Translations under genes and position numbers: made by a program
Notes under the pieces: generated by a model
Told to the model about the DNA's origin: nothing
What the model saw: the letters and a program-made list of their open reading frames with translations, nothing else
Database searches by the model: none
Shown: in pieces, positions 11,943 to 26,036 of the stretch
Layout: each line of letters begins with the position of its first letter
Numbering within the stretch: the stretch's first letter is position 1
Source: Azolla caroliniana
Taxonomy: Eukaryota > Plantae > Polypodiophyta
DNA length: 64,000 nucleotides
Direction: 5' to 3'
NCBI GenBank assembly: GCA_043228905.1
Contig: JBHGNT010000013.1
Span: 12,090,001-12,154,000 of the forward strand

Positions 11943-14900
11943 AATCTTGCGGGATAAATATTATCCTCAAGTGGTGCATAATGATCCTTATGGTCGGTTT
12001 TTGGTTCTAGAAATCATGTTTTTTGGCGAGGTTGTGTGGGTGGTTGGGATTTATGCCCCTAACGAAGCCACTTAACGTATTGCATTATGGGGCTCACTCC
12101 TTCAAACCCTATGTGTGGGCTGTCCAGGATTACTTATGGGTGATTTTAACATGTGTGTTGATGTATCTCAATCTACTTCTGAACATTCAATCATGGATGA
12201 TCCTGAGCAACTTGTTTGGGATTCATTGGCTATGGAGGTTTTGAAGTTGGATGTTTGGACATGGTTGCATGGGAATGATCCAGGTTTTACTTTCCAATCT
12301 GCTTAACATAGACAAACATGGAGTCGGTTAGATAGAATGTATGTGATGCACGGTGATTCTTTTTTACCGACATCACTTCGTATGACAGTTCTACAAGATG
12401 TAGGAACTTCAGATCACTTTCCTATTTGTTTGGAGGTTTGTAGTCATGCATTTGACATGTAATCCTTACTTGGAAAGCCTCCATTACGCTTTAACTCTTC
12501 TCTTTTGCTTCAACCTCATTTTGATTCTCTCATGGAACAAATTTTGGTAAATTTTTCACAAGAAGTGAATATTAAAGGAGTTCAGCATGGGATATCACGT
12601 TACGAAACATTAAAATCATTCATCGTATGTATGGAGTAACTAATGCTCAACGAAGAAGAGGTCTTCTTCGACAATTCTTACAAGTTCTCTCCAGGTGTAA
12701 TGCATTATTGATACATGCACCATTAGATGAGGAGCTTTTGGATATCCAAAGTTAATTGCAGGTTATTATTTCTCAGTTGCAATGCCAAAGTTATAGTTAT
12801 GCGAAGATGCGTCAACTGAGGGATGAGCTCATAGATAATCAATGTCAATCTCATTTGTTTTTTCAAGCGTTACATCCTACCTATGCTCGATCTAATGTGG
12901 TACATGTGAAGCAAGGGGATGAATTGATAGTGGATTCTACTACAATAATTGACATATGTGTTCATTACTTTAAGGGGTTGATTGGCCGACAATTGTTAAT
13001 GACAAATGAAGTGAGTAGAGCACGTAATGAGTTTTATGATGTGGTTGGATGTATTGTGCATGACCTCATTAGTCAAGAATTGGATGCGGATTTCACTGAG
13101 GATGAGGTGGACACGGTTTTAAGGCATCTTCTTAGTGGTAAGAGCGTTGGTTCGGATGGCTTGACAAACGAAGTTTTTAAGCGATATTTGAACGTTTTAA
13201 AGGGGCCCGTAACTTTGATGTTTCAACATTCTTGGGATTCTGGTTGTATGCCTCAAGGTTGGAAGGTTGGTCTAATTAAATTAGTTCCAAAGGTGGCATC
13301 TCTCGAGTCATTTCATCAATGGAGACCTATTTCTTTGATGGGGGGGTTCTACAAGATATTTACAAAGGTCTTAGCAAATAGATTACAAAAGTATTTACCA
13401 AAGTTGATACATCCTGCCCAATATGGTTTTATTGCAGGTAGGAATATATTGCATAATGTGTTGAATGTTCAAATGGCCATGGATTATGATCGAAACACTC
13501 ATCAAGAATTGATTATGGTGCAATTAGATTTGGAAAAAGCTTATGATCATGTTAATTGGTCCTTTGTTTTTGGGTTAATGCATACAATGGGCTTTGGACC
13601 TCATATGTCTCGCCTCATATTTTTATAAGGACAAGATGCGGTATCTCAAGTAATGCTTAATGGGGGAGTTACATCAGATATTTCTCTCACAAGATTCGTT
13701 CGTCAAGGATGCACTCTTAGCCCATTGTTGTTTGTTATTGTTGATCATCCCTTGTTAGTGATGCTATCAAGGCTTGCAACAAATCGTGACATTGTGGGTC
13801 TACACCTTCTGTCTGGAGGGCAACTAGTAGCATAAGCTTTGGCTGATGATTCTTTCATGTTTCTACAAGCCTCATGAAAGAACTTGAGAAGGGGATGCTT
13901 TTATGGAACCAATTTGCATTGGCTTTCGGATTACATATTAATTGGAGGAAGTCTAGTCTTATATCATGTACTGAAAGGGATTTGGAATGTTTAGGATGAC
14001 ACTTGGGCTCTAGTTTTTGGCACTTGGGCTATCCATTAGGAATGAATGTTACAAATAGTCAATTGATTGAATGGATGTCTAGTAAGTTGAGGGATAAGTT
14101 CATGTATTGGAAGTCACAATCTTGGTCATTTCATGTACGCTTGAAGGTTGTACAATGTATTATGGAACCCATGATATTATATTACTTGCCATTGTTCCCA
14201 TGGACAAAGAAGGCTTTACATTATGTTTTGCAACCTCTTCAATATTTGTTGTGGAAAAAAAGGGATAAGATGGGAATCACTTGGGTTACGTGGAATCATC
14301 TAGCAACCCCTAAGCGCTTGGGGGGAGCTGGAATATTGAATTTATCTATGCATATGATGGCTCATAGATTTTTATTATTACAAGTCATGTGTTCAAACTC
14401 ACAACCATGGATATCTATTGTTTAATATTTCATTGAGAACAAGGGTTTAACACATGGGAGGACACCGATTAAGGCTTCGTGGTGGCAATTACTGAATGGA
14501 TGTATTTCACTTAGGATTCTAGGCTCTTCATGTGTTCAACACTTGGTTACTTCATGGAAAGAAGCACTCTTGTTATGTGTGTGAGAAAAGTTGTTAATAG
14601 CAATAGCGGAACAGTTGTTAGAACAAAATAGACATAGCCAAGCTATGAGAAGGCTGTTAGACAACAGTAAAAAAAAAAGGTTGCAAAGAGTAGAAACACA
14701 ACCAAAGAGTAGAGCTTGTTATTAGGTAGCAGCAAAAGTAAAAGTCTTTACAAAAGAGGCTGTTATAAAATTGGGAAAAGTGAGTGAAATGGTTGTTTAG
14801 TAGTTAAATGACTCTTGTACTACCAAACAGGTACAATAAACTTGGAATAAGAGTGAATATCTTGGAAAAAGTGGAAGAGAGAAGGCATTTAAAGCGGTGC

Positions 14901-17900
14901 AGATTCTAGAGAGAAAAGGATTTAAAGAGTTGCAGATTCTAGAGAGAGAAGAATCTAGGAAGAGAGAGAATGTACAATAGAGATAATAACGATGAAAGAG
15001 AGTGCAAGTCTAGAGCTGCCACCCTCCAACACCTCCTCTCAGCTCCAGAACGGCGGTCCAACATTGAGTCGACCAAGGAGCTGATCAATGGCATGCCTTG
15101 GAAGTGGGAAAAAACATAGAGATTGTTGTCAGCATAACAGTTCTGAAACCCAAGAGAGAGAAAGAAGGTGTCAATTTTTTCATGCCAAGCTTTGGGAGCT
15201 TGCTTTAAGCCATACAAGGCTTTGTGTAACCTGTAGACCATGTTTTTCTGCTCTAAAATCTCGAAACCTGGAGGCTGTTCAACATAAACCTCCTCTTTCC
15301 AATCACCATTAAGGAAGGTTGACTTGACATCCATTTGAAAGGTGGGCCATTTGTTGTGAGCAGCAAGTGCAAGCGCACCTGTTGGAGCAAAAGTTTCCTC
15401 GTAATCCACTCCTTCGACTTGTGAGTAGCCTTTTGCAACTAAATATGCCTTGTGCTTATCCGACGTATCATCAGCATGGTACGTGGGCTTGAAAATCCAT
15501 CTCAGTCCAATGACTTGTCGATGTTGAGGCTATGGAACCAGCTCCCATGTATGATTCCGCTCAATGGAATCAAGTTCAACTTCCATTGCTGCTTTCCACT
15601 TTGGAAGATCAAGGGCCTATTTTGCTGTTGTGGGTTCTTGTGATTGCACAATAAGGCAAAGTTGCATGATTGAAGAGGCCGTTGTGACCTACGTATTTTT
15701 TTCATGTTGGTCAGAGAACCGGATGTATACTCATGAAGTTCAGCATCGGAGAGATGAGAATCACGAATGATGCCTTGAAGCCACTTGGGAAGTGGTGGAA
15801 GTTGGTGTGTAGAGGGAGGGGAAACGAGTTGAGTTGACGGAGAGTTTTGAATTGTTGGCGAAGTTAGAGATTGAGTAGGAGGATATGGGGGGCTTGAAGG
15901 TGAGACATCTTCGTCTAAAATAGGAGATTCCGGAGCAACTAGGATTTCAACCGTGAACTCAGGTGAAATCCTAGAGTCATCCGGCTGAGACTCCACAAAA
16001 TGAACATCCCTAGAGATGACTAGGGACTTTGATTCTAAATCCCATAACCTGTAGGCTTTAGATTGTGTGTTGTAACCAAGAAATTTGCATTTCTTGGTTT
16101 TGGACTCAATTTAGTCCTTTTATGATCTGAAGTGTGAACATAAGTTGCAAGCATCACAACCAAAGACTTTAAAATGAGATACTGAGGACTTTACACCTGT
16201 AAATGCTTCTGCAGGGGTCATTGCAACAACTGCTTTTGTTGGGCAGCAGTTGATAATGTAGACTGCTGTGTTGACAGCTTCACCCCAAAACGAGAGAGGA
16301 AGATCAGATTAAGATAGCATTGTACGAGCCATCTCTTGGACTATCTGGTTCTTCCTTTCCACAACTCCATTTTGTTGAGGAGTATTGGGTGTAAAAATTG
16401 GCGAGCGATGCCTCGTTGAGAGCAGAAATGGTGGAATGCTTGGGAGATAAACTCGCCACCATTGTCGGACCTGATCATTTGAACTTTCTTTGAGGTCTCG
16501 TTCTCAACAAGAGCTACCCATTCTTGAAATTTGGTGAAGGGTTGAGATTTCTCTACAAGAAAATAAACTCAAACCTTATGAGAGAAATCATCAATTATAA
16601 GCATGAAGTAGCGTGCACCACCAAGAGTAGTGGTTTTCATGGGACCACAAAGATGCATGTGCACTAACTCCAAGATAGATGTTGCACGGTGAGTGGCTTC
16701 ATGAGGGAAAGGCTCTCGATGTTGCTTGCCATGAAGACAAGCAACACATGGGGTATTGGGAGTTTTGAAAATAGGCAAACCCTCAACTAGATGTGAAGAG
16801 GAGAGCTTTTGTAGAGAATCGTAGTTGAGGTGACCATAGTTGTTAAAAAACGCGTATTCTACGTTTAGAGTACATTTTAGAATATTCTGAAGTATTCTAC
16901 GTTTAGAGTACATTTTAGAATACTTTGAAGTATTCTACACGTATTTTACGTTTTAGAACTGCCGTTTTTAAAATTTTGACGTATTCTATGTATTCAACGT
17001 ATTTAACAAGTATTTATCATTTCAAAAAATATTTTCTTTTTTTTGAAAAAAAAAAACTTTAAATTTTAAAAAGTATTTAACGTATTTTACAAGTATTCTA
17101 CACGTATTCTAAGTATTCTAAACGTATTCTAAGTATTTAATGTATTTAACGTACTTTATCTATAAAATACGTATTCTAAGTATTTAAAAAAATAAAGTTA
17201 GAATACTTGTAGAATAAATAGAATACGTATTGTACGCGTATTTTATGCTACATATTTTACAACAACGGAGGTGACCGAACCTAGCATGCCACAATGTGGG
17301 ATCTTCTTGTGCCGCCACCAAGGCATGAGAACCTTGAAGAAGATGAGATTTGGATTTTTCCAAGGGGCTGTGGGAACTTTTCAGGCTGTATAAGCCCCCT
17401 TCTTGTGTGCCTCTAGCTACAATTTGTAGGCTGTTGGTGTCAATGACTTCCAAAACTGAGTTATCAAAGTAGACACCATAACCTTGCTTAGTGATTTGGT
17501 AGACCGAGAGTAGGTTGGCAAAGATTCGAGAGGCACGTGTAGCACATCTTGAAGAACGGCAGGTTCGTCATTTGAAGAAGCGTTAAGAAACACATTACCC
17601 ACACACAAAGCCTCAATGCTTCAGGCATCTCCTATGGAGATTTGGGAGGAGCTAGGCTTCAAAATCATGCAAAATGGATTTGTCATAAGTCATGTGTGCA
17701 GTGGCACCACTGTCTATCAACCACTCATCAATGGTTGAGGTAGTTGTTCCAGCCAAATAAGATGAATGTTCCACAATGCCAAGGAAAACTGTTTCTTTGG
17801 CTGAGTGGACCGAATTTGATTTTGGTGTAGGTTGACTTTCGGTAGAAGAAGATTTCTTGGCATTGTCCCTTTTCTTTTTTCGACAATTGGGCTGAACCTT

Positions 17901-20900
17901 TGTAGCCACAATAATTACATGTGAGCTCCTTGTAGGCTGGGTTGTTTGGTGGTCTTGGATTGGGTTTGTTGTAGGAGTTGCCATTTTGCTTCCACTTGCC
18001 TTTACTCTTCGCATGTAGAAGCATCTCATTGGAAGTTTGAGCACTTTTCTTCCTTTTTGCCCTGTCTTGTAGCATGCCAAGAAATGTATTAATATCAGGT
18101 GTGTTGGGAAGAAGAGAAATTGTGTCACAACAAGCTGAGAATGACTTGGGCAACTTTATCATTAGACGATGCACAAACTCAACTTCAGTTGACTTACTTC
18201 CCAAAGAAACTAGTTCCTTTTGGAGAGTAACAAATTGCGTTATTTGATCCATGATGTTGGGAGTGTCATGAATCTTGACATTTGCTAGTTGGCTCTCAAT
18301 AGCTATCATTTGAGCAGGATTAGCTCGATGATACCTCTTTTTTATGGCTGCCCATAGTTCATTGGCTGTCTCTTCATTTGTATCTTGAAATTGATGAGCG
18401 ATGCTTGGTTTAATATTAAACATGAGGAAAGCATGAGCACGCGAATCCTTATCTAGCCAAGGTTCAATCTCAGCGTTAGATGAGCCAGCAACTGATTTGG
18501 TTGAAAAGGATGAAGTTACCGGTGGTTTCTTGTCACTACCATTGACTATATTCCATAGACGATGGTATTGTAGCAAGGTCTTTATTTGCCGCTCCCAATC
18601 CAAGTAATTGTTCCCATCCAAGATGGACTCTTTGGGGGGTTGGGGAATGGTTGATGAAACAATGGTGGCATGTGAGGCCATGGATATCCTCTTGAGCTAC
18701 AATTGGACAATTTACAGCAGTTGTAAGTAGATGCTTAGGGTCGTTCTACTTCTCCCTAGATGCTAGGTGAGGCTCAAGTGAGGGGAAAAGAAAAAAGAAG
18801 AACCTCCTCTATAGGTTGGGAGGGTGGCTGCTAAGAGAACCTCCTCTATAGGGTTGGGAGGGAGGGATAAAAGAAGATAGGTCTGTGTGCTCTTTGGCAA
18901 AAAAATCAGGCTGAGGATATGGAGACCTCACTGCTCTAATACCATGTCAGAAAAGCTGTTAATAGCAGCAGCGGAACAGTTGTTAGAACAAAATAGACAC
19001 AGCCAAGCTATGAGAAGGCTGTTAGACAGCAGTAGAAAAAAATGGTTGCAAAGAGTAGAGACACAGCCAAAGAGTAGAGACACAACCAAAGAGTAGAGCT
19101 TGTTATTAAGTAGCAGCAAAAGTAAAAGTCTTTAAAAAAGAGGTTGGTATAGCCTATTTATATCAAATTGGGAAAAGTGTGTGAAATGGTTGTTTGGTAG
19201 TTAAATGACTCTTGTACTACCAAACAGGTACAATAAACTAGGAATAAGAGGGAATATCTTGGAAAAGGTGGAAGAGAGAAAAGGCATTTAAAGCAGCGTA
19301 GATTCTAGCGAGAGAAGGCATTTAAAGAGTTGTAGATTCTAGAGAGATAAGAATCTAGGAAGAGAGAATGTACAATAGAGATAATAAAGATGAAAGAGAG
19401 TGCAGGTCTGGAGCTGCAACCCTCTAACAATGTGTTTGGAAACCGTCATCTAGTAGAGAGCATTGTAATTCTTTGCAAAAAGAGTTACTTGTGTCTTCTC
19501 AGTTATTATGTTGGCCAGGAAAGGAGAGATTGCGCTCTCAATTTAATCATTTGTTTCGTTTGGGGGTCAAAGAGGTGGGAGATATAGTTGCGGTTCCATC
19601 TCAAAGAATTTTGGAGTTTGTTGAAGCACGACAATTATTACGCATCCCGCCTAATTATGGGTTTATTTGGCAACAACTACAAAATATTGCATTGATGCAA
19701 GGTTCCTTACCTCTACAAACAGGAGAACAAGCGTGGATTGATTGGTGTTTACAAGGTCAAACGTTGTTGTTACAAGTGACTACTAATCTTTTGTATCATT
19801 GCTCTGTTGAGTCCCTTGGATGGCTATCATCTAAGGCTGAAGAAAAATGAAAAATACATAAATCTGATCATGGGTGGTGGCAGATGTTACAACGTAGTTG
19901 GCATTCTAAATTGCGACTTGTAGCAAAGGTCTTCATTTGGAGAGTTTTAATTGGAGGATTGCCTTTGGGATTAGCTCTAAAGCGTCATGGACTAGCAACG
20001 GGTAATTGCTTTTTTGGCACTGTTCAAATGGAATATAGTACTCATCGATTTATACAATGTCCGATTGCTTGTCAGATTTGGAGTTACATTGCTCAAATTT
20101 GGCAAGTTTTATCACGGTGTTATTTGACACCTAGACAGTGGGTGTTTGCACAATTTACACAGGTTGACCCAAAATCAGAGATGGAGATCGTTTTTCTATT
20201 TCTGAGATATTGGGGATTGCGTTATAATTGGAACATGCGCAACGCTTTTGTATTCGCCGGTGTAGACATGGAGTGAAAGCATATCTACGAAAGTTGAAGG
20301 GAGTACTAATGTGGCAATTTCTTTATTGGAGTAAGTGGAAATTCTTTCCTCAGTGGAGTGTTCGTTTTGCCTATTGGCAATTCAACATGTTCCACTACCC
20401 ATGTAGTGTAGTTAGTGGGTGACCATACTTCATTGTCACCCATTGTAAGTAGTGTTTTTTACACACATTTATTAGTATAATTGTGTGTTTTCACCAAAAG
20501 AGAGAGAGAGAGAGAGAGAAAGAAAGAAAGATATATTAACGTCTTTTAAGAGGCCAAAATGGCCTATAAGACCGAATAAGAGATTACATCTTAAATGTTT
20601 TCTCGTCTTTGAGAACAAATCAAAATAAAGTAAATATTACACAGTAAATATAAAAGTAAATAAGATGAAAAGAAAAGAGACGAGAGAATCTGGTTTTTGG
20701 CACATGCGAGATTCTCAAGTTAGGTATATTGTAGCTTTTGTCTCTGAAAGATCTCTATCATAGGTCGATCCAGAATGGAAATGTCTCCGAAGCGAGGGAA
20801 GCACCTACGATGGCGGGAGATAATGGCTTTTATTTGTCGATGACAAGGGTGTCGAGGTCGTGGTCCATGGGGCCGGGGCCTATGTGCACGGCAAATTGCT

Positions 20901-23900
20901 ATTGCCCGATCAATCGTAACCCCTTTGTTATATCCTGGTCTGGATCCCATTTCTGTATCCTGGGGTTGACTTCTAGCATTAGGAGTGATCGAGCTAAAGA
21001 AAGTTGTGATTGTTCTTTGTGGATGAGCTTGTGTGGCTGTATTCTTCAACAACTTTTCCCGATGTCTCTTGAGCTCGAGCAAGAAAAGTCCTAGGCATCT
21101 TTGGTCCTCATATTCCATTACCTTGCGTAGTGGGCCAAAGCCTTGTTTAAAGCGGCAATGGTATCTCCCTCTAATTTCATAAAAGACACTACAATGACAA
21201 ACATAGTGTTCTTCAGATTCCACTCCTTGATGACACAATTGGCAAATTCTCTCTTCTAGAGGTAGTCGTGTATATCTGCCCACCTCAATCTGTAGCTGAT
21301 GTGGTGAGGTTCGCAGCTGCCCTATCACATTACGCAGCGCATAGGATAGATGTATGTCCATATAAGGTGGCCTTATGACAAATCCATCCTCCGATGTATG
21401 TAAGAAGTATGTCTTATAGTGGGCCATCTTTGTACCAAGTGGTATTTTGGGGCTGATCCATATTATCTTGTTTTCTAAGTTAATAATATCAGTTCGGATC
21501 ACTCTATTCTTTTCCACTTTGGTCATATTGAGATGGGGACAGTCCAAGCTATATTGGAACGGGGGTAGTGCATTTATACTCATGCCATGTGACTCGAACC
21601 ATTGCTGCATTTCAGCATACCAACAATGAGTGTCTCCATTTTCAGCCAGTTGTCTTGATGACATAAGTTCCAACCTTGGGTACCTTCGTTTAGGGAGCTC
21701 CCAAAGACGTTGGATAAATGTCACTGATCGGAACAATGCCTCGGTTATTATAGGTGCTGCTCCCATCTCTGCCCGGATTATATCGTGGGGCACCGATGCT
21801 TTGCTCCTTATCATGCGAGCAATCATTGACACTAAAAGTCTCTCTAAATCTTTCCAATGATTTGCCTTGTTAAGACTCGGTCCCCATGTCTCTACTCCAT
21901 AGAGAAGAGTTGGTGTGACAAGTGTATCAAATAACCATAGCTTAGTCCGTGGCTCTTGGAACTGCAAATGTGCACATTGTCTTTCGAGAGCACCAAGGGC
22001 TGCATATCCACGAGAAAGTTGGGCACAAGCGGCCTCCTGTAAGGAGAACCTAGGTCCTGTAAATGTTACTCCTAGGTATGTGTAGGAGCGTGTGTATTCC
22101 ACCTTTTCCTCTCCCAAGAAGAATTCTGGTTCTGATCTTGTTACCCATGCTTGGGTGGTGTTAAACACCATCACTTTAGTTTTATTCATGTTGATTGACA
22201 AACCTTTGTCCGTACAAAATAGCTTTAAGGCATTTAGATGTCTTTGTAGTCCCTCCGGAGAGTCAGAAATCAGCACAATATCATCAGCATATAGTAATAT
22301 CTGTATAGCTATACTTGCTAGGTGTGCTAGAGAGAGAGAGAGAGAGAGATTAACTTCTTTTAAAGGCCAAACAAGAGACTACATCTTAACTGTTGTCTCA
22401 TCTTTGAGAACAACAAATCAACATAAAATAAATATTACTAAGTAAATATAAAGATAAATAAGATAAAAAGAGACTAAAGAATCTGGTTTTCAGCACATGC
22501 GAGATTCTCAAGTTAAATATATTATAACTTTTGTCTTCAAAAGATCTCTAGCATAGGTCAATCGAGAATGGAGAGGCCTCTGAAGCAAGGGAAGCACCTG
22601 TGATGGCGGGAGATAAAGGGTGTTGAGGTCATGATCCATGGGGCCGGGGCCTATGTGCACAACAAATTGCTATTGCCCGATCTATTGTCACCCCTTGGTT
22701 TGGAGCCCATTTGTGTATTCCTTGATTGACTTGTAGCATTAGTAGGAGTGATGGGGCTAATGAAAGTTGTGATTGTTCTTTGTGGATGAGCTTGTGTGGC
22801 TGTACTATTGTTCTTCAACAACTTTTCCCAATGTCGCTTGAGTTCTAGCAAGAAAAGTCCTAACGCCGTTGGTCCTCATATTCCATTACCTTGCATAGTG
22901 GGCAATGTTATCTCCTTATTTCATAAAACACACTACAGTGACAAACATAGTGTTCTTCGGCTTCCACTCCTTGATGACACAATTGGATATTTGTATTTGT
23001 GTATATCTGCTTACCTAAATCTCTAACTGATGTGATGAAGTTCCTAACTGCTCTATCACACCACACAACGCATAGGATAGATACATCTCCATATAAGGTG
23101 GTCTGATGATGAATCCATCCTCCGATATGTGTAAAAATAGACATGTAGTGGGCCATCTTTGTACCAAGTGATATTTTGGGGCTGATCCATGTTATGTTGT
23201 TTTCCATGTTAATAATATCAGTGCGGATCACTCTATTCTTTTTCACTTTGGTCATGTGTAGATGGGGACGGTCCAAGCTTATTGGAACGGGGGCAGTGCA
23301 TTTATGCTTATGCCATGTGACTTGAACCATCGCTGTATTTCAGTATACCAACAACGAATGTCTCCATTTTCAGCCAGTTATCTTGATGACATAAGTGCCA
23401 ACCTTGGGTACCTTTGTTTAGGGAGCTCCCAAAGACATTGGATACAAGTCTCTGATAGGAACAATGCCTTGGTGATATAGGGGCTTCTCCGATGTCTGCC
23501 AGGATTATATCATGGGGCACCGATGCTTTACTCCTTATCACGCGTGCAATCATTGACACTAAAAGTCTTTGTAAATCTTTCCAATGATTTGTCTTATTAA
23601 GACGGGGTCGCCACGTTTCTACTCCAGTTGGTGTGACAAGTGTATCAAATAGCCACAGCTTAGTTCGTGGCTTTTGGAACTGCAAATGTGCACCAAGGGC
23701 TTCATATCCACGAGAAAGTTGGGCACAAGCAGCCTCCTGTAAGGAGAACCTAGACCTTGTAAATGTTACTCTCAGGTATGTGTAGGAGCGTATATACCAC
23801 CTTTTCATCTCCCAAGAAGAATTCTGGTTCTGATCCATGTTTGAATGGTGTTAAGCACCATCACTTTAGTTTCATCCATGTTTATCGACAAACCTTTGTC

Positions 23901-24527
23901 AATACAAAATAGTTTTTAAGGCATTTAGATGTCTTTGTAGTCCCTCTAGAGAGTCACAAATCAGCACAATATCATCAGCATATAATAATATTTGTATAGC
24001 TATACTTGCTAAACATGCTTCTGAACCCCCGAATCTCTCTATATAATGTGATACCTCATCTATATAGAAACAGAAGAGAGTGGGGATAGTGGGCATCCTT
24101 GCTTCACTCTGATTGTGCAAGCCACCGCCGCTGACAAACCTTTGAAAAACTGCACTTTTCCTGACACAGATTCATAGAGTGCATAGATTACCCATTGCAT
24201 ATCTGTAGAAACACCACGGGCTTCTAGCCGCTGCATAAGCTGAGCACGTGGAATAGTGTCAAATGCTTTGTGGAAATCCACAAGGCAGCAATAAATCCTC
24301 TTATTATGGATCCCTTCTTTTGATTCGTATCCACATGTAACGTGCATCTATGTCCTTATGCACAACATGCACTCTATCATGGAGCTCCTTTTGGTATAAC
24401 ACAGCCACTCCTCCCAAATCTCTAGGGCTTTCCGTTGTCCAAGGTTGGGCATGACATATTGACTCCCATCTATATCCTTGTACACACAGAGAGAATTAGA
24501 ATTAGAATTAGAATTTTTATCGTCCAT

Positions 24528-24576
<49 letters not shown>

Positions 24577-26036
24577 GGATTCAGGATGGCAGCTGCAACA
24601 GAAGCCTGCAACTGTGCACCTAATGCTTGAGGATGCACTGGTAAGGGTCACAAAACAGCCAAGAGAACTAATATCTCTTGTGGGAGCAAGCCGTACTGAT
24701 GCTGGCGTTCATGCATTGGGTCAGGCAAGCACAAATTTCTGTGTTTTATTTGTTAACACTCTCTACATTCTTTTCTAATTGCTTAAAAATCTGTATTCAA
24801 TTCCATTTGCTGCTTCAATTCCACGTAATTAAAGACGTGAAAGGGTTCATGTCATGGGAAGCTTATATTTTGAAGAGATCTCAAGTATGTAGTAGTCCAT
24901 AAGGTTCAACATCAGCCACCAGATATAGTACCCAAAACATGGGAGCCCACATAATAGTTGTTTTAACACTGACATTAGTTTTTCACACTCAATTGAGCTG
25001 AAGAAACAAATTGAGGTGATAAACTTGTGGTTTTTGTTAGGTGGCCCAATTCTGCACACCTTTTCCGATGGAGGAGCTACAAACCTTGCACTCTTCACTT
25101 AATGGAGTGCTTCCAAGTGACATAAAAATAAAGGAAATTTCTGCTGCACCACCACAATTTCATCCACGTTATTCTGCGAAGAAAAAGTTGTATCACTATA
25201 AAGCTCACTGCAGTCCAATCATGGATCCATTTCAACTACGCTACTCCCTTCATGTTCGACAAGGTTTAAATATCCATGCCATGAGAGAGGCGGCAAACTA
25301 TTTTGTAGGAGAGCATAACTTCACAGCGTTTGCGAATGTCTCCAAACAGTTCTTCAGGGATGGCTCCCCAAGGGAAATATATAAATTCAACATTATTGAA
25401 AAGGTATATTGTTTCTTTACCAAGCATTTGAAATGTGTTTGTTGGGTCAAGATTGTGATGGTTTTGTACTGCACTGTAAGAATTGAATGAACATTGGGGT
25501 CCTCTTTCAGGAAGGTTCAGTTCTCTTTGAAGTGGAAGGAAATGGTTTCTTCTATAAACAAGTGCGCAATATGGTCAGAGACTACAAAATCCGCTTCTTA
25601 TCAATTTCTTTAGTAAATAACTTATATTACATGTGGGGAAAACCTCAAAATGATAACCTCTTGGACTGTATGCTGCTGAAAAGCCCTAAAAAGAAAAAAA
25701 TTGTTAAGTTCTCTTGTGCATTCATTCGTAAAAGAAGGGTACTACAATTGGACAAGACTTTGAGAGCTGTATGATACATTTTTCAATGAGCAGGTTGGTT
25801 TACTACTGGAGGTTGGAAAAGAGTTGGCACCTCCAACAGCTGCACGTGTGATATTAGCTTCTCGAAATCGTACACTACTTGCTGATCTTGCACCAACTGC
25901 GCCACCTCATGGCCTTTATCTGATGCATATAAGCTATGATGATGCAGATCTAGAACCTCCGCCAGGGTCTCCATCCAAAAGCTGTGGAATTATGCAAACT
26001 TACACCAAATGCAAACTGTTACAGCTGTCAAAGTGA
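9987..26036 (+). CDS. truA: tRNA pseudouridine(38-40) synthase, TruA family, probably organelle-targeted; exons 9987-10215, 24585-24724, 25041-25403, 25511-25573, 25794-26036
   Basis: Motifs are [14 protein letters not shown]|[18 protein letters not shown] (catalytic Asp), [30 protein letters not shown] and TAPPHGLYL. There is a Ser-rich N-terminal extension. The start codon is less certain than the rest. Confidence 0.92.
10820..11730. mobile_element. Degraded LINE remnants (RT fragment on the minus strand, locally duplicated; a short 3'-end copy on the plus strand at ~11620-11727)
   Basis: The minus strand gives [13 protein letters not shown]...[21 protein letters not shown]. 11620-11727 is the reverse complement of the LINE 3' end at ~20536-20640. 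Confidence 0.6.
14580..19429 (-). mobile_element. Ty1/Copia element, internally deleted (RT C-terminus and RNase H missing); LTRs 14580-15031 and 18945-19429; TSD ATGTG
   Basis: It has two similar LTRs, with ATGTG at 14575-14579 and 19430-19434. The PBS complement GCTCTAATACCA is at 18933-18944. Coding motifs are gag (17728-18681), WLIDSGAT protease, integrase and [14 protein letters not shown]. Confidence 0.92.
16835..17267. mobile_element. hAT-like MITE inside the Copia GAG-pre-integrase region; TSD GAGGTGAC
   Basis: GAGGTGAC(C) is at 16827 and 17268. The short imperfect TIR is CATAGTTGTTAAAA / TTTTACAACAACG, with many (C/A)GTATT subterminal motifs. Removal restores WHARFGHL|NYDSL. Confidence 0.8.
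20536..22328 (-). mobile_element. 5'-truncated LINE (RTE-X-like), young copy with an open 518-aa ORF remnant (20720-22276)
   Basis: It contains [32 protein letters not shown] and CQLC..HYVCHC. It is flanked by (GA)n tracts on both sides. Confidence 0.85.
22350..24528 (-). mobile_element. Second, older copy of the same RTE-X-like LINE
   Basis: It is collinear with 20536-22328 but frameshifted. It extends further 5' ([21 protein letters not shown]). The 5' boundary is approximate. Confidence 0.8.

Larger units (their letters stand above)
11937..20498 (+). mobile_element. 5'-truncated, decayed L1-type LINE (APE endonuclease, RT, C-terminal zinc finger), split by a Copia at 14580-19429
   Basis: Motifs are [57 protein letters not shown] and a HRFIQCP zf-RVT-like region. 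It has many stops and frameshifts and is bounded by (GA)n tracts. Confidence 0.9.
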
